Source: Hydrogenothermaceae bacterium
GTDB lineage: Bacteria; Aquificota; Aquificia; Aquificales; Hydrogenothermaceae
DNA length: 64,000 nucleotides
Assembly: GCA_027049315.1 (NCBI GenBank)
Contig: JALTUV010000036.1
Location: forward strand, 189,463-253,462
Reading direction: 5' to 3'
Part shown: one piece after another, positions 31,580 to 41,820 of the stretch
Numbering within the stretch: the stretch's first letter is position 1
Layout of the letters: each line of letters starts with the position of its first letter
Made by a program: the position numbers and the translations under genes
The notes under the pieces: generated by a model
Told to the model about the DNA's origin: nothing
Database searches by the model: none
The model's input: the letters and a program-made list of their open reading frames with translations, nothing else

Positions 31580-32422
31580 TTATTTTTTCCTTATATTTGG
31601 GATGTTTATAATAGGAGCAAGGTTTGTATCATAAGGAAGGAGAATAACTGTGTTATTATCTCCCTCTGCATATGATTTTATATTCTCTATAAATTTCCAC
31701 TGCAGGTATTCTCTTGTGAGAGAACCGGCTATTATTCTATTTGCATCGGCTATTCCCTTAGCCTCTACCCTCTTCCTTTCAGCTTCTAACTTTTCCCTTT
31801 CTACAACAAATTTCATCTTCTGCATTTCTTCAAATGCCCTTCTCTTCTGCTCTATTGCCTCTACAACCTTAGGTGGAAGTTTTATATCTCTTACAAGAAT
31901 CTCATCCAGTATTATAAATCTCTTGTCAAGCTCCTTTGATACTTTTTCAACTAATTTCTGTCTTATCAGGTCTCTCTCCTGATACACCTGTGAGCTGTCA
32001 AGCATTGCTATAACATCCCTTACTGCAGACCTTATGACAGGTTTTATTATCTTATCTTCATACTCAAGACCGTACTCAACAAATATTTCTGCAGCCTTGT
32101 CAGGCTTAATCTTATAAAGAACGGTAAGTTCTATTCTTATTGTTAGACCGTCTTTTGAAAGTGCCTCTATAGCCCTCTGACCTCTTAGGTCATAAGAATG
32201 TGTTCTAACACTCATTTTAATGACCTTTTGGACGTATGGAACGATGAAGTGAAGTCCAGGTAGAAGTTCGTCCTTTTCTGCTTTTCCAAGGGTTAGTTTA
32301 ACACCAACATAGCCACTTGGTACTATAACAAGCGGAGAAGCTATTATAAATAGAAGTATTATAAGGACTACAACAGCAGGAACTATACCTTTAAAGAAGT
32401 TTGATAGATATGATTTATCCAT
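31580..32422 (-). CDS. SPFH/Band-7 (HflC/prohibitin-like) membrane protein
   Basis: An N-terminal TM helix followed by an SPFH domain and a coiled-coil tail. Confidence 0.8.
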   Translation of the reverse strand: MDKSYLSNFFKGIVPAVVVLIILLFIIASPLVIVPSGYVGVKLTLGKAEKDELLPGLHFIVPYVQKVIKMSVRTHSYDLRGQRAIEALSKDGLTIRIELTVLYKIKPDKAAEIFVEYGLEYEDKIIKPVIRSAVRDVIAMLDSSQVYQERDLIRQKLVEKVSKELDKRFIILDEILVRDIKLPPKVVEAIEQKRRAFEEMQKMKFVVEREKLEAERKRVEAKGIADANRIIAGSLTREYLQWKFIENIKSYAEGDNNTVILLPYDTNLAPIINIPNIRKK

Positions 32423-33647
32423 TTAATATCTCCTCATTGTCTTTTTCAACGCAACTTATAAGTCTTTCTGATATCTGAGGTATAGCGGCTCTAACTCTTA
32501 CCCAGGCGGAAAGCATTGGAATACCTATAGGGTCATCAATAAACTCCTTTTCTGCTTGTTTTAAAGCTTCTACAAAAGCTTCTATAGCTTCAATCTCACC
32601 ATGTCGGTCATATTTTAAACCGTTTATAAGAGAGAGTGCGTTGTACTTCTCAACAGCTATTCTTGATTCTTGTAGATAGGTAGTTAAAAGGGTTCTAAAG
32701 AAAGACTCAGACATTATGATTCCGTCATTGCTCAAAACCCTGAAAAGGGTTTTTGATATGTCTTTTGCCATTCTTATAAGTCCGGTTTCAGGCTTTTCCT
32801 TTTTGAGCTCTTGATGTTTATGTTCATATGTCTGCATAACTTCAACCTGACATATTCTATTTACAGATGTGTTCTGATAAACTTCACTTAGCATTGATAC
32901 CTCAAGTCCCCATGTAGGTGAGATTCTAATACCTCTGGCAAGGGTTCTTATAAATGCAAACTCACCTGCAAGAGCGTACCTAAAGCTATCCAGATACTCT
33001 AAGAACTCTAAATCCCTTTCACCAACCAGTTTTTTGAGTGCTCTGATGAGAGGAGTGTAAAAAAGTCTTGTAACTCTGCCATACAGTTTATCAGTAACTC
33101 TTGCGTAGTATCCTTTGCTAAATTCAAAATCTAAAGCTGGATGAACTACAGGGTACACAAGTCTCGCTACAAGTTCTCGTGAGTAGTTAACAATATCACA
33201 GTCATGAAGTGCTATAGCATAAGCAGATGTATCTGACAGTATATAACCTAAGGTCATCCACACTGAGCGACCTTTACCCGGAAAGTCAACAGGAAAACCG
33301 GCTTCTCTCAAATCTTGATATATCTTCTGCATTCTGGGACCATCGTGCCATACAATTTTCGTTTCAACCGGAAGAACAGACAACATCTCTTTAGCTTTCC
33401 TGAACTGTTCTTTGTCAGCTCTATCAAGGGAGAGAACTATTTTGTATAGATAATCTGCTTTTTCTAATTCTTTAATTATCTTGGGCATTGCTTTTCCTTC
33501 AAACTCTGAGTAAAGGGCAGGAAGAAGCAAAACGATGTTTCTCCTTCTCTTTGCAAATGCCCTTAACTCCTCTTCCAATTCCCCTAAAGGTCTTTCCTTT
33601 AACTTCTGTAAAGTGGTAATTACGCCATTTTGGAAAAAATCTGCCAT
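32415..33647 (-). CDS. Glycosyltransferase of the glycosyl-glycerate or glycosyl-3-phosphoglycerate synthase type (MGS/GGS/GpgS-like)
   Basis: 410 aa; a GT-A-like DXD motif (HDCDI). Gene context includes a HAD-IIB phosphatase, a glycerate kinase and a glycerate dehydrogenase. The exact family is uncertain. Confidence 0.5.
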   Translation of the reverse strand: MADFFQNGVITTLQKLKERPLGELEEELRAFAKRRRNIVLLLPALYSEFEGKAMPKIIKELEKADYLYKIVLSLDRADKEQFRKAKEMLSVLPVETKIVWHDGPRMQKIYQDLREAGFPVDFPGKGRSVWMTLGYILSDTSAYAIALHDCDIVNYSRELVARLVYPVVHPALDFEFSKGYYARVTDKLYGRVTRLFYTPLIRALKKLVGERDLEFLEYLDSFRYALAGEFAFIRTLARGIRISPTWGLEVSMLSEVYQNTSVNRICQVEVMQTYEHKHQELKKEKPETGLIRMAKDISKTLFRVLSNDGIIMSESFFRTLLTTYLQESRIAVEKYNALSLINGLKYDRHGEIEAIEAFVEALKQAEKEFIDDPIGIPMLSAWVRVRAAIPQISERLISCVEKDNEEILNG

Positions 33648-33662
33648 AATTCCTCCTTAATC

Positions 33663-34919
33663 TTATTCCCATAGATTTAATAGATAATCTTTCATATCCT
33701 CAAATCTTTCTGCTTGCTTTTCATAATACTCTTCTGACTCATCTGAGCTTTTATCCTTTAATTCATTGTATAAAGATGCTACCCTTGCGTTGTAAAGTGG
33801 AATCATAGTGTTTAACATTTTAAATTTCTGTCTCGGTGTAATATGAAAATTGTATGCGTATCTGTAAACTATCCTTACCCATGTCTCAACCGGCATAATG
33901 AACTCATCTATATTTTCTAACATAAATAGCTTCTGTATAAGTTTAAAATCTTCATCTTCTAAGATTTCCCTCCATATAGGAGCGAAGTTGTTGTAACCAA
34001 TTTTAAAATACTCAACTAATGATTCAACATCTATATCAAAAGGTTCAGGCTCCATACCTACAAAATCTCCTAAGATTGGAACGTTCTGAGAACCTCTTAT
34101 CTTTTTCCAAAAATTTTCGTATTTTTCTGTTTCCATTAGTTTAAATATAGTCCCTACAACTTCTCTGTACATGTTGCTTAAATCTTTTGATGGGTCTTTC
34201 TCTTGGTGAATTTTTGCTCCTAATCTTGCCTGACATATGTTGTAACCATCAACTATCGCCGTTGTTGTCATCCATATATCTATACCGAACTTTGCAACTT
34301 CTGTTTCCCATACATCTTTATCAAGATAATCCTTCACAAGTTTATATGACATACCAAAATCTCCACCTATCGGCTGGCGGATTCTCTTTCCGTAAAGTGC
34401 CCTTGTAAGATTGTAGGCTATGGTATTTGTTATTGTTCCATCGAATTTCCATCTTTTATAGTACGGGCATATATAGTCATATCCTTCAAATACAGGTTCT
34501 AAGATGTTCTTCACCCATTCAGGTGTTATTGACTTAAGGTCAGAATCAAAGGTAGCCACTGCCCTTGCCTTTAGAAATTCTGCAGCTTCAAAAACAGCCC
34601 TTAATGCTGAGCCTTTTCCTGGAATTCCTCTATAACAGGTTACTATTTTTTCAATATTGTATTGAGAAATATCTACCTCTTCAGCTACTTCCCTTGTATC
34701 GTCTGTTGAACCACCATCAGACACAAAAATCAGACATTTTTTATCCCCAAAGTATATTTCTAATCCTTTGGCAACCTGTTCTATAACATATGCTATCGTA
34801 TTTTGACTGAAATAAGAGGGAATTCCCACAACAATATCTGCATATCCTAATTTTTCTATTTTTTTACGAGCTGGTTCCCTTAGAGCAGTTGAAAATCTAA
34901 TGCCCGGTAGAATAATCAT
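33663..34919 (-). CDS. GT-A-fold glycosyltransferase (GT2-like N-terminus)
   Basis: 418 aa; VVGIPSYFSQNT...FVSDGGSTDDT is the GT2/GT81-type nucleotide-binding signature. Confidence 0.5.
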   Translation of the reverse strand: MIILPGIRFSTALREPARKKIEKLGYADIVVGIPSYFSQNTIAYVIEQVAKGLEIYFGDKKCLIFVSDGGSTDDTREVAEEVDISQYNIEKIVTCYRGIPGKGSALRAVFEAAEFLKARAVATFDSDLKSITPEWVKNILEPVFEGYDYICPYYKRWKFDGTITNTIAYNLTRALYGKRIRQPIGGDFGMSYKLVKDYLDKDVWETEVAKFGIDIWMTTTAIVDGYNICQARLGAKIHQEKDPSKDLSNMYREVVGTIFKLMETEKYENFWKKIRGSQNVPILGDFVGMEPEPFDIDVESLVEYFKIGYNNFAPIWREILEDEDFKLIQKLFMLENIDEFIMPVETWVRIVYRYAYNFHITPRQKFKMLNTMIPLYNARVASLYNELKDKSSDESEEYYEKQAERFEDMKDYLLNLWE

Positions 34920-34920
34920 T

Positions 34921-36216
34921 CTACTCCTCCACTAATAGCATAATAATGTCCATAACATTTGTGCCTGTATAACCTGTTTTAATAAGTCCACCTGTCTTTT
35001 TAAAAAAAGTGTATGAATCATTATTTTTCAGAAATTTATCGATATCCAAACCTTCTTTTTCAGCCTTTTCATACACACTACAGTCAGCAATAGCACCTGC
35101 TACATCTGTAACACCATCAATTCCATCAGTACCACAACTAAGTATGTAAATTCCACACCTGCCCTTTATCTTTTGAACAGCCGATAGTACAAGCTCCTGA
35201 TTTCTACCACCTTTACCACTTCCCCTTACCGTTACAGTTGTTTCACCACCAAAGAGTAAGCAACACGGTGGTTTAAAATCCGCATTATTATTTTTAATTT
35301 CCAATCCTATTGATGCAATAGCTTTTGCTACATCTCTTGCTTCCCCTTCAATCTGTGAGGTAATTATGTAGGATTTGATATTTTTTTTCTCTAAGTGGCT
35401 CTTTGCACCTTTCAATGCCCTAAGGTTATTTCCAATAATATAATGTTTTATATTTTCTGGTGGTTTTTTTGGTGTATCATCTATTTCACCTTTTAATCCC
35501 TTTTCAACTACCTCTCTGACAGATTTAGGAATTTTTTCTAAAATTTCGTACTTTTCCAAAATCTTAAATGTATCTTCGTACGTGTACCTATCAAAGTAAA
35601 GAGGAGCTGAACCTATTGTTTCTAAATCATCACCTACAACATCTGATATAACTAAAACTATTCCTGTTGCCTTTGTTAACCTTCCAAGTCTTCCTCCTTT
35701 TATCATTGAGATATGTTTTCTTACAATATTTATCTCATCAATAGTTGCACCGCTCCTTAGAAGAATCTGAGTTGTCAGTTTAAGGTCTTCTATTGTTATA
35801 GGTGGGATGGGTTTTTCAATTAACGCAGAACTTCCACCTGATAATAAATAGATAAAGAGTTCGTTTTCCTTTAAAGATGATATCTGTTTTATTAGAGCTT
35901 CTGCACCTTTTAAACTGTTTTCGTCGGGAATAGGATGAGACCCTTTTATAACACTTACTTTCCTCAATTTTTCTTCGTAATTACACACAACCGTTCCACC
36001 TATAATATGCTCAAAAAAGTACTTCTCGAAAACTTTTGCCATTTCAACAGAGGCTTTACCACTTCCAAAAATGTAGAACTTCTTTAGAGGATACTCATCT
36101 TCCTGTACTCTCAACTTTCTGTCTTTTACGGATATATTTTCTTTTATCAGATTTTCCGGCAGTACTGACCTTACACCCTCTAAAAAAGCATCAATTAAAA
36201 TCTTTCTGTAACCCAT
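34921..36216 (-). CDS. Glycerate kinase, MOFRL family (glycerate 2-kinase type)
   Basis: 431 aa; the FGSGKASVEMA region and a C-terminal MOFRL domain. Confidence 0.65.
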   Translation of the reverse strand: MGYRKILIDAFLEGVRSVLPENLIKENISVKDRKLRVQEDEYPLKKFYIFGSGKASVEMAKVFEKYFFEHIIGGTVVCNYEEKLRKVSVIKGSHPIPDENSLKGAEALIKQISSLKENELFIYLLSGGSSALIEKPIPPITIEDLKLTTQILLRSGATIDEINIVRKHISMIKGGRLGRLTKATGIVLVISDVVGDDLETIGSAPLYFDRYTYEDTFKILEKYEILEKIPKSVREVVEKGLKGEIDDTPKKPPENIKHYIIGNNLRALKGAKSHLEKKNIKSYIITSQIEGEARDVAKAIASIGLEIKNNNADFKPPCCLLFGGETTVTVRGSGKGGRNQELVLSAVQKIKGRCGIYILSCGTDGIDGVTDVAGAIADCSVYEKAEKEGLDIDKFLKNNDSYTFFKKTGGLIKTGYTGTNVMDIIMLLVEE

Positions 36217-37012
36217 CTAAAATCTCCATAATTACCTGATTCCACCCTTTACTACCGGGATACTTAGACCTGATAAGACCTTTTCTCTCAAAGTTTTCAA
36301 AACTTCCATCAGGTTTCATTATGAGAATCGGTATATCTACAACCTCAAGCATAGGAATGTCATTCTTACTGTCTCCAAGACCAACAGTCAAAAACTTTTC
36401 TCCTTCATTTCTTTCAAAAATCTCCTTAGTAATGAGGACAGCCTTCCCTTTATCCTGATTTACACCTATAAAATGGTAAAATCTACCACCTTTTGTGATT
36501 TTTATACCGTATTTCAAAGCTTCCCTTTCTAAAGCAGGTAATTTTGATTCATCTTCTAATATGAACGGTTCTGTAAACTCTCTCTCCTTTGCTAATTTAG
36601 CCATCTTATAGGAAAGTCCAGTTAGTCTTGATATCTCTTCAATGCTCATAAAAAAGAAACCTTTTACCCTGTATTTGTCTTTTATTTTCTTTTCAAACTC
36701 AACAATCTCTTTATAAGAAATCCCAAGCTGAACGAGACAGTAATTTTCAATGTTTCTACAGTTCTCAATTCTAAAATTTCTGTAACCCTTTTCAAAAAAA
36801 ATTCCTCCACCATTTTCAACTATAAATGGGTCTTTTATCCCTATTTCTCTTCTCAGCGTTTCTACTTCCTTCCTCGTTTTACTTGTAGTGATAACTATCG
36901 GTATTTCCCTCTCTTTGAGTTTATCTAAAGCAGGCTTTGCATCCTGATATGAGTAATCTTCATGATTTAAAAGAGTTCCATCTAAATCAGTAAAAATAAT
37001 TGCTCTATTCAA
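36191..37012 (-). CDS. HAD-IIB phosphatase, mannosyl/glucosyl-3-phosphoglycerate phosphatase-like
   Basis: IIFTDLDGTLL (HAD motif I)...GDSKNDIPML (motif IV); 273 aa, YedP/MPGP-like. Confidence 0.65.
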   Translation of the reverse strand: MNRAIIFTDLDGTLLNHEDYSYQDAKPALDKLKEREIPIVITTSKTRKEVETLRREIGIKDPFIVENGGGIFFEKGYRNFRIENCRNIENYCLVQLGISYKEIVEFEKKIKDKYRVKGFFFMSIEEISRLTGLSYKMAKLAKEREFTEPFILEDESKLPALEREALKYGIKITKGGRFYHFIGVNQDKGKAVLITKEIFERNEGEKFLTVGLGDSKNDIPMLEVVDIPILIMKPDGSFENFERKGLIRSKYPGSKGWNQVIMEILDGLQKDFN

Positions 37013-38037
37013 CAGCTTGCCTTTGAAACGACATTTTTTGGTTTTCCTTCAGTAAGACAAGAAAAAAGGTTCTCTACAGTTGTATCTAATATCCTATGTA
37101 ATGCATCTTTTGTGTTGTATGCTATATGAGGTGAGATTATGACATTCTCAGATTGAAGGACAAAGTACTTATCAATTGTCTTTTTTATCTTAAGTGCAGA
37201 TATATCTCCTCTTTTCAGTTCTTCTTCTTCTGGAATAACTTCTTCAAATTCAACGGTATCTAAGGCTACCCCACCTGCAAGTCTTCCCTCTTTTAATGCC
37301 TCAACAATAGCTTCTAATTCTACGATTGAGCCCCGTGAGGTATTTATAAGCATTGCATCAAGTTTTGTTAATTTTATGTTAAATTTGTTTATAAGATAGT
37401 GGGTGGACTTATTGTACGGAAGATGAATAGTAATTATATCAGAGTGCATTAAAAGGTCTTCGAGTCCAACGTACTCAACACCGTATTTTTGGATAAGCTC
37501 TTCTCTTCTTGTTCTGTCGTAGGCAAGAATTTTCATTCCAAATCCGCTTGCTATTTTAACAACATGACTTCCTATTCTTCCTGTTCCAAGTATCCCAATC
37601 GTTTTCCCCATTAAGTCAATACCAGTTAAACCTTCCCTTGAAAATATTCCCTTGGATGTTCTCTCTATCATAGGTTTTATTTTCCTTGCAAGAGCTAATA
37701 TAAGGGCAAAAGTATACTCAGCAACGGTGTTATCACCGTATCCGGGAACATTACTTACAATTATGCCTTTTTCATTGGCGTACTCTATATCTATATGGTC
37801 GTATCCTGCTGACCTTGTAACTATCATCTTAAGATTTGGTAGTTTATCGATGACTTCCCTTGTAATTTTAGAGTAAATGAAAATACTTATAGCGTATGCA
37901 TCTTTTATTTTATCTAATACAGACTGGGTCAATGGTTCTTTAAAAAATCCAACTTCAACATCAAAACCTTTTTCCTTTATAACTTTTTCAAGGTACAACC
38001 TTTCCCAATCTTCTACTTCGAAAAAATATACTTTCAT
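37009..38037 (-). CDS. D-isomer-specific 2-hydroxyacid dehydrogenase (glycerate dehydrogenase / hydroxypyruvate reductase-like)
   Basis: GILGTGRIGSHV NAD-binding motif; catalytic R/E/H pattern; 342 aa. Confidence 0.8.
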   Translation of the reverse strand: MKVYFFEVEDWERLYLEKVIKEKGFDVEVGFFKEPLTQSVLDKIKDAYAISIFIYSKITREVIDKLPNLKMIVTRSAGYDHIDIEYANEKGIIVSNVPGYGDNTVAEYTFALILALARKIKPMIERTSKGIFSREGLTGIDLMGKTIGILGTGRIGSHVVKIASGFGMKILAYDRTRREELIQKYGVEYVGLEDLLMHSDIITIHLPYNKSTHYLINKFNIKLTKLDAMLINTSRGSIVELEAIVEALKEGRLAGGVALDTVEFEEVIPEEEELKRGDISALKIKKTIDKYFVLQSENVIISPHIAYNTKDALHRILDTTVENLFSCLTEGKPKNVVSKASC

Positions 38038-38143
38038 AAAATCCTCCGTTTTAATAACCTATGTATCTTTTTATGGTGGCTATATTGTGTATCCATAATT
38101 TTGTTATAATAAATTTACATTACCCAAACAGGAGGAAGCAATA

Positions 38144-38644
38144 TTGTCAAGTATAAAAGGTAAAGCTTGGAAATTTGGAGATGATGTTAATACTGATGAG
38201 ATAATACCTGCAAGATACTTAGTAACAACAGACCCAAAGGAGCTTGCAAAGCACGTTATGGAAGATATCGACCCTGAGTTTCCAAAAAAAGTAAAACCCG
38301 GTGATATTATAGTTGCCGGAAAGAACTTTGGTTGTGGGTCTTCAAGGGAGCACGCACCTCTCGCTATAAAAGGTGCCGGTGTTTCGGCTGTTATTGCAGA
38401 ATCCTTTGCAAGAATTTTCTTCAGAAATGCAATAAACTTAGGACTTCCTGTTATAGAATCTCCTGAGATAGTAAAGGAAGCAGATGAAGGGGATATTATT
38501 GAAATTGACATGGAAAACGGAGTTGTCAGGAATCTAACAAAAGGTAAAGAATACACAATTTCAAAACTTCCGGAGAACTTACAAAAGGTCCTTGCAGCCG
38601 GTGGTCTAATGGAATACGCAAAATCACGTTTAAAAGGTGATTAA
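38144..38644 (+). CDS. leuD: 3-isopropylmalate dehydratase small subunit (short archaeal/thermophile type)
   Basis: 166 aa; [21 protein letters not shown]...[16 protein letters not shown] start with GGAGG at -9. Confidence 0.85.
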   Translation: MSSIKGKAWKFGDDVNTDEIIPARYLVTTDPKELAKHVMEDIDPEFPKKVKPGDIIVAGKNFGCGSSREHAPLAIKGAGVSAVIAESFARIFFRNAINLGLPVIESPEIVKEADEGDIIEIDMENGVVRNLTKGKEYTISKLPENLQKVLAAGGLMEYAKSRLKGD

Positions 38645-39543
38645 TGCATGATTTTAAGAGGGTATTAGTTCCTGTTGACTTGTCGGATATTACAGAGGCT
38701 GTTGTTGATTCTTCGGTACTTTTCTCAAGAATATTCAACTGTAAGGTGTATCTCTTTTTTGTTATAGAACATCTTTCCCCTCTTATATATGTAAAAAACC
38801 TTGAGCTCTTGATGGAGCCAGATGAAGAAGAGATACTGAAACTTGCAGAGGAAAAACTCAGAGAAGAAGTTTCTGATAGTTTGAATAAGTATAATAGGAA
38901 GCTCCAAGAGAGTGGTGTAGATTCAGAGGTTATTATTGAAACAGGAGATGTTGTTGACTCAATACTTGATTTTTCAGAAGAGGAAAATATTGATTTGATA
39001 ATTGTAGGTAGTCATAAAAAAGGTCTTATAGATAAACTACTACTTGGAACTGTATCTGAAAAAATCATATCTAAAGCGAGGAAATCTGTTCTCGTTATAA
39101 AGGGAAAACCTATAGTAAACATAAAAAGAATACTATGTGGTTACGATTTTTTACCGAACTCAAAAGAAGCTCTTGAAATAGCCAAAGAGTTAGCTAAAAA
39201 AACAGGAGCATCTATCAGAATAATTCACGGGGATGCTGATGAACCTTTTGCACATTTCAAAGGGATTTATACAAAGGTTCTTGAGAGAAAAAAGAGTATA
39301 TTAGAAGAAGTGAAGAAAAATTTATCAGATGAAGGTATTAATTCTGATTATACAATACTGAGAGAGACACCGGATAGAGCTATATTGGATACTATCGAAG
39401 AGTATAAACCAGACATCGTTATTCTTGGAAAGAGGAAAACTTCAGCAGTAAAGAGAATTTTTATAGGAACAACAGCATCAAAAGTTATAAAAGATTCTCC
39501 AGTTCCAGTAATGATTGTTAGGAGAGACACTGATGAAAAATAA
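38644..39543 (+). CDS. Tandem universal stress protein (UspA) domain protein
   Basis: Two Usp repeats (VLVPVDLS...; IVGSHKKGLIDKLLLGTVSE; ...ILGKRKTSAVKRIFIGTTASKV). Confidence 0.8.
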   Translation: MHDFKRVLVPVDLSDITEAVVDSSVLFSRIFNCKVYLFFVIEHLSPLIYVKNLELLMEPDEEEILKLAEEKLREEVSDSLNKYNRKLQESGVDSEVIIETGDVVDSILDFSEEENIDLIIVGSHKKGLIDKLLLGTVSEKIISKARKSVLVIKGKPIVNIKRILCGYDFLPNSKEALEIAKELAKKTGASIRIIHGDADEPFAHFKGIYTKVLERKKSILEEVKKNLSDEGINSDYTILRETPDRAILDTIEEYKPDIVILGKRKTSAVKRIFIGTTASKVIKDSPVPVMIVRRDTDEK

Positions 39544-41242
39544 ATATATATTTGTATTGCTTTTTTTAGGTGTTCTGTGCTCATCGTGTAGTATCTCAGT
39601 AGCCTCTGTACAAAAGGCTCTAAAGGGAGACGAAAATCCTTACTACTACTATGTTGTCTGTAAGTACGAAAAGAAGAGTAGAAACTTAGAAAGGGCATAT
39701 CAGTACTGTAAGAAAGCCTTAAAACTTCTACCTGACACATCTTTACTTTACAGGGAAACAATAACCATTGCATTACATATGGGAAAAAATGAAGAAGCAC
39801 TGGAACTTCTTAAAAAGTATAAAAAGAAGTTTAAAGACTCTCCGGAAACATACATTTTCATAGCAAAAGTCTACAGAAACCTGAGAAAAACAGAAAAGGC
39901 AAAGGATATATTAGAAGAAGCTTATGAAAGATTTCCTAAAAATGAGAAGATTATCACAGAACTAATCAATACATATATAAACTTAAAACAGTTTGAAAAG
40001 GCAAAGAAACTTCTGTTAGAACTTGCGGTTTTTTCAGATAGAAAACCTCAGATATACTACACACTCTCACGAATATACCTTATAGAGGGCAATAAAGAAA
40101 AAGCCATAGAGTTCTTGGAAAAGGCTTTTAAGATAGACCCTAATTTTAGACCTGTCTATATTCTCTTAGGGGAGCTTTACAGACAGTCAGGAATGTATGA
40201 GGATGCAGAGAGAGTGTATAAAAAGGTTTTAGAGCATAGTCCCAACAATTTAGAGGTGCTAAATAGGCTCTTTCAGGTTTATGTTGACCAGGGTAAGTAT
40301 CAAGAAGCTGAAAAGGTGATAAATAAGATAACACTACTCAATCCCGGTGATAAACAGGCTCTATTAAAACGTTTTCTACTCTACCTAAAGGAAGGAAAAG
40401 CTAAAGAAATAGTGAAAGAGATGGAAGATCTTGTCAAAAAGAGACCTAATGATACGTTCGTAAAAACCATTCTTGGAATGGCATATGAGAGTATAGAGGA
40501 ATATGAAAAAGCAAAAGAAGTGTACCTTGAAATTTTAAAGGTTGAAAAGAAAAATGAAGAGGTTATAGAGAGATTAGCAAATGTATATATTCAGCTAAAG
40601 GAGTACAAGAATGCCTTAAAAACCCTTGAGAGACTTTTAGAGATACGACCGAATGACCATAAGATTTATCTGATGATGGCTGATGTTGCAGATAGAATGG
40701 GGAACTTAAAACTTGCGATAGATTATGTAAAAAAAGCCATACAAATCAATAGTGATGACCCAGTTGCATATTTTCTATTAGGAGTCTACTATGACAAGTT
40801 AGGAAACTGGAAAAGAGCAGAAGAGGCATTTCTAAAAGCAATAGAGATAAGACCGAATTATGCAGATGCCCTTAACTATTTGGGATACTCTTATATACTC
40901 AGAGAGATAAACATTGATAAAGGTATGGAACTCGTAAGAAAAGCTTTAGAGTATGACCCGGAAAACCCAGCTTATCTTGATAGTTTAGGTTGGGGATACT
41001 TCAAAAAGGGTAATATAAAAGAGGCTTACAAATATATCAAAAAGGCTTATGAAAAATTACCAGATGACCCTGTTCTGAATGAACACTACGCTGAAGTGCT
41101 TATGGAACTGGGGAGAAAAAAGGAAGCGATTAAATACTTCAAAAAAGCACTTGAGATAATAGAAAAAACAGGGCAAGAGCCGGAACCTGGTCTGAAGAAG
41201 AGGATACTTGAGAAGTTAAAAGAGCTGGGGGTAAAAAGATGA
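39515..41242 (+). CDS. TPR-repeat lipoprotein
   Basis: Signal peptide with Cys (VLCSSCS) and more than 10 TPR-like repeats. Confidence 0.8.
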   Translation: MLGETLMKNKYIFVLLFLGVLCSSCSISVASVQKALKGDENPYYYYVVCKYEKKSRNLERAYQYCKKALKLLPDTSLLYRETITIALHMGKNEEALELLKKYKKKFKDSPETYIFIAKVYRNLRKTEKAKDILEEAYERFPKNEKIITELINTYINLKQFEKAKKLLLELAVFSDRKPQIYYTLSRIYLIEGNKEKAIEFLEKAFKIDPNFRPVYILLGELYRQSGMYEDAERVYKKVLEHSPNNLEVLNRLFQVYVDQGKYQEAEKVINKITLLNPGDKQALLKRFLLYLKEGKAKEIVKEMEDLVKKRPNDTFVKTILGMAYESIEEYEKAKEVYLEILKVEKKNEEVIERLANVYIQLKEYKNALKTLERLLEIRPNDHKIYLMMADVADRMGNLKLAIDYVKKAIQINSDDPVAYFLLGVYYDKLGNWKRAEEAFLKAIEIRPNYADALNYLGYSYILREINIDKGMELVRKALEYDPENPAYLDSLGWGYFKKGNIKEAYKYIKKAYEKLPDDPVLNEHYAEVLMELGRKKEAIKYFKKALEIIEKTGQEPEPGLKKRILEKLKELGVKR

Positions 41243-41820
41243 AAGTATTAGCGGTAATCATATTAGGGGTTTTTTTGTTCTCATGTGCTACAAAGAAAGA
41301 AAGGGTAAATAAGTACAGTTGTGAGGATATATTCAATCAGATAGTTCAAACTCAGGAAAAAAAGAATGAAGATTTTCAGGTTTATTCGTATGTGTACTTT
41401 GAGGGAAAGACGGTTCTTATGAAAGGAAAATTTAACAGATATGGAGGTGGAACTATAAAGTTTTATCTCCCAATAGGTAAAAAAGTCGCAACAGTAAAGA
41501 AAAATGGAGAGGATTTCTGTTTGAAAGAAGGTAGTGAATGCAAAAGAATCCAAAACCCTTTCAGAAAGATTGGTATATCTGTTGAAAAGTTAATCACAAA
41601 AAGATTTAATGTCTCAAAGTTTGACAGATACACCTGTAACGGGAACAGTTTAATGATAAATAAACCCGGCTTTAGTCTCGTTTATAAAAATGGGAAATTA
41701 AGAAATGTTCTCATTAAAAATATCCTAATCAACTATAAAAGTGATAAAGAGATATATGTTTACGATACGGGAAAACTAATAGCACGTTTTAAAATATCAA
41801 AAATCGTATATGAGAGGTAA
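41239..41820 (+). CDS. Lipoprotein (possibly LolB-like)
   Basis: Lipobox FLFSCAT; 193 aa. The LolB assignment is tentative. Confidence 0.45.
   Translation: MKVLAVIILGVFLFSCATKKERVNKYSCEDIFNQIVQTQEKKNEDFQVYSYVYFEGKTVLMKGKFNRYGGGTIKFYLPIGKKVATVKKNGEDFCLKEGSECKRIQNPFRKIGISVEKLITKRFNVSKFDRYTCNGNSLMINKPGFSLVYKNGKLRNVLIKNILINYKSDKEIYVYDTGKLIARFKISKIVYER

Noticed and set aside
38104-38556. 150-aa ORF antisense to leuD
   Set aside because: Low-complexity, Ser/Ile-rich translation with no start context. leuD on the opposite strand has clear homology and an RBS.
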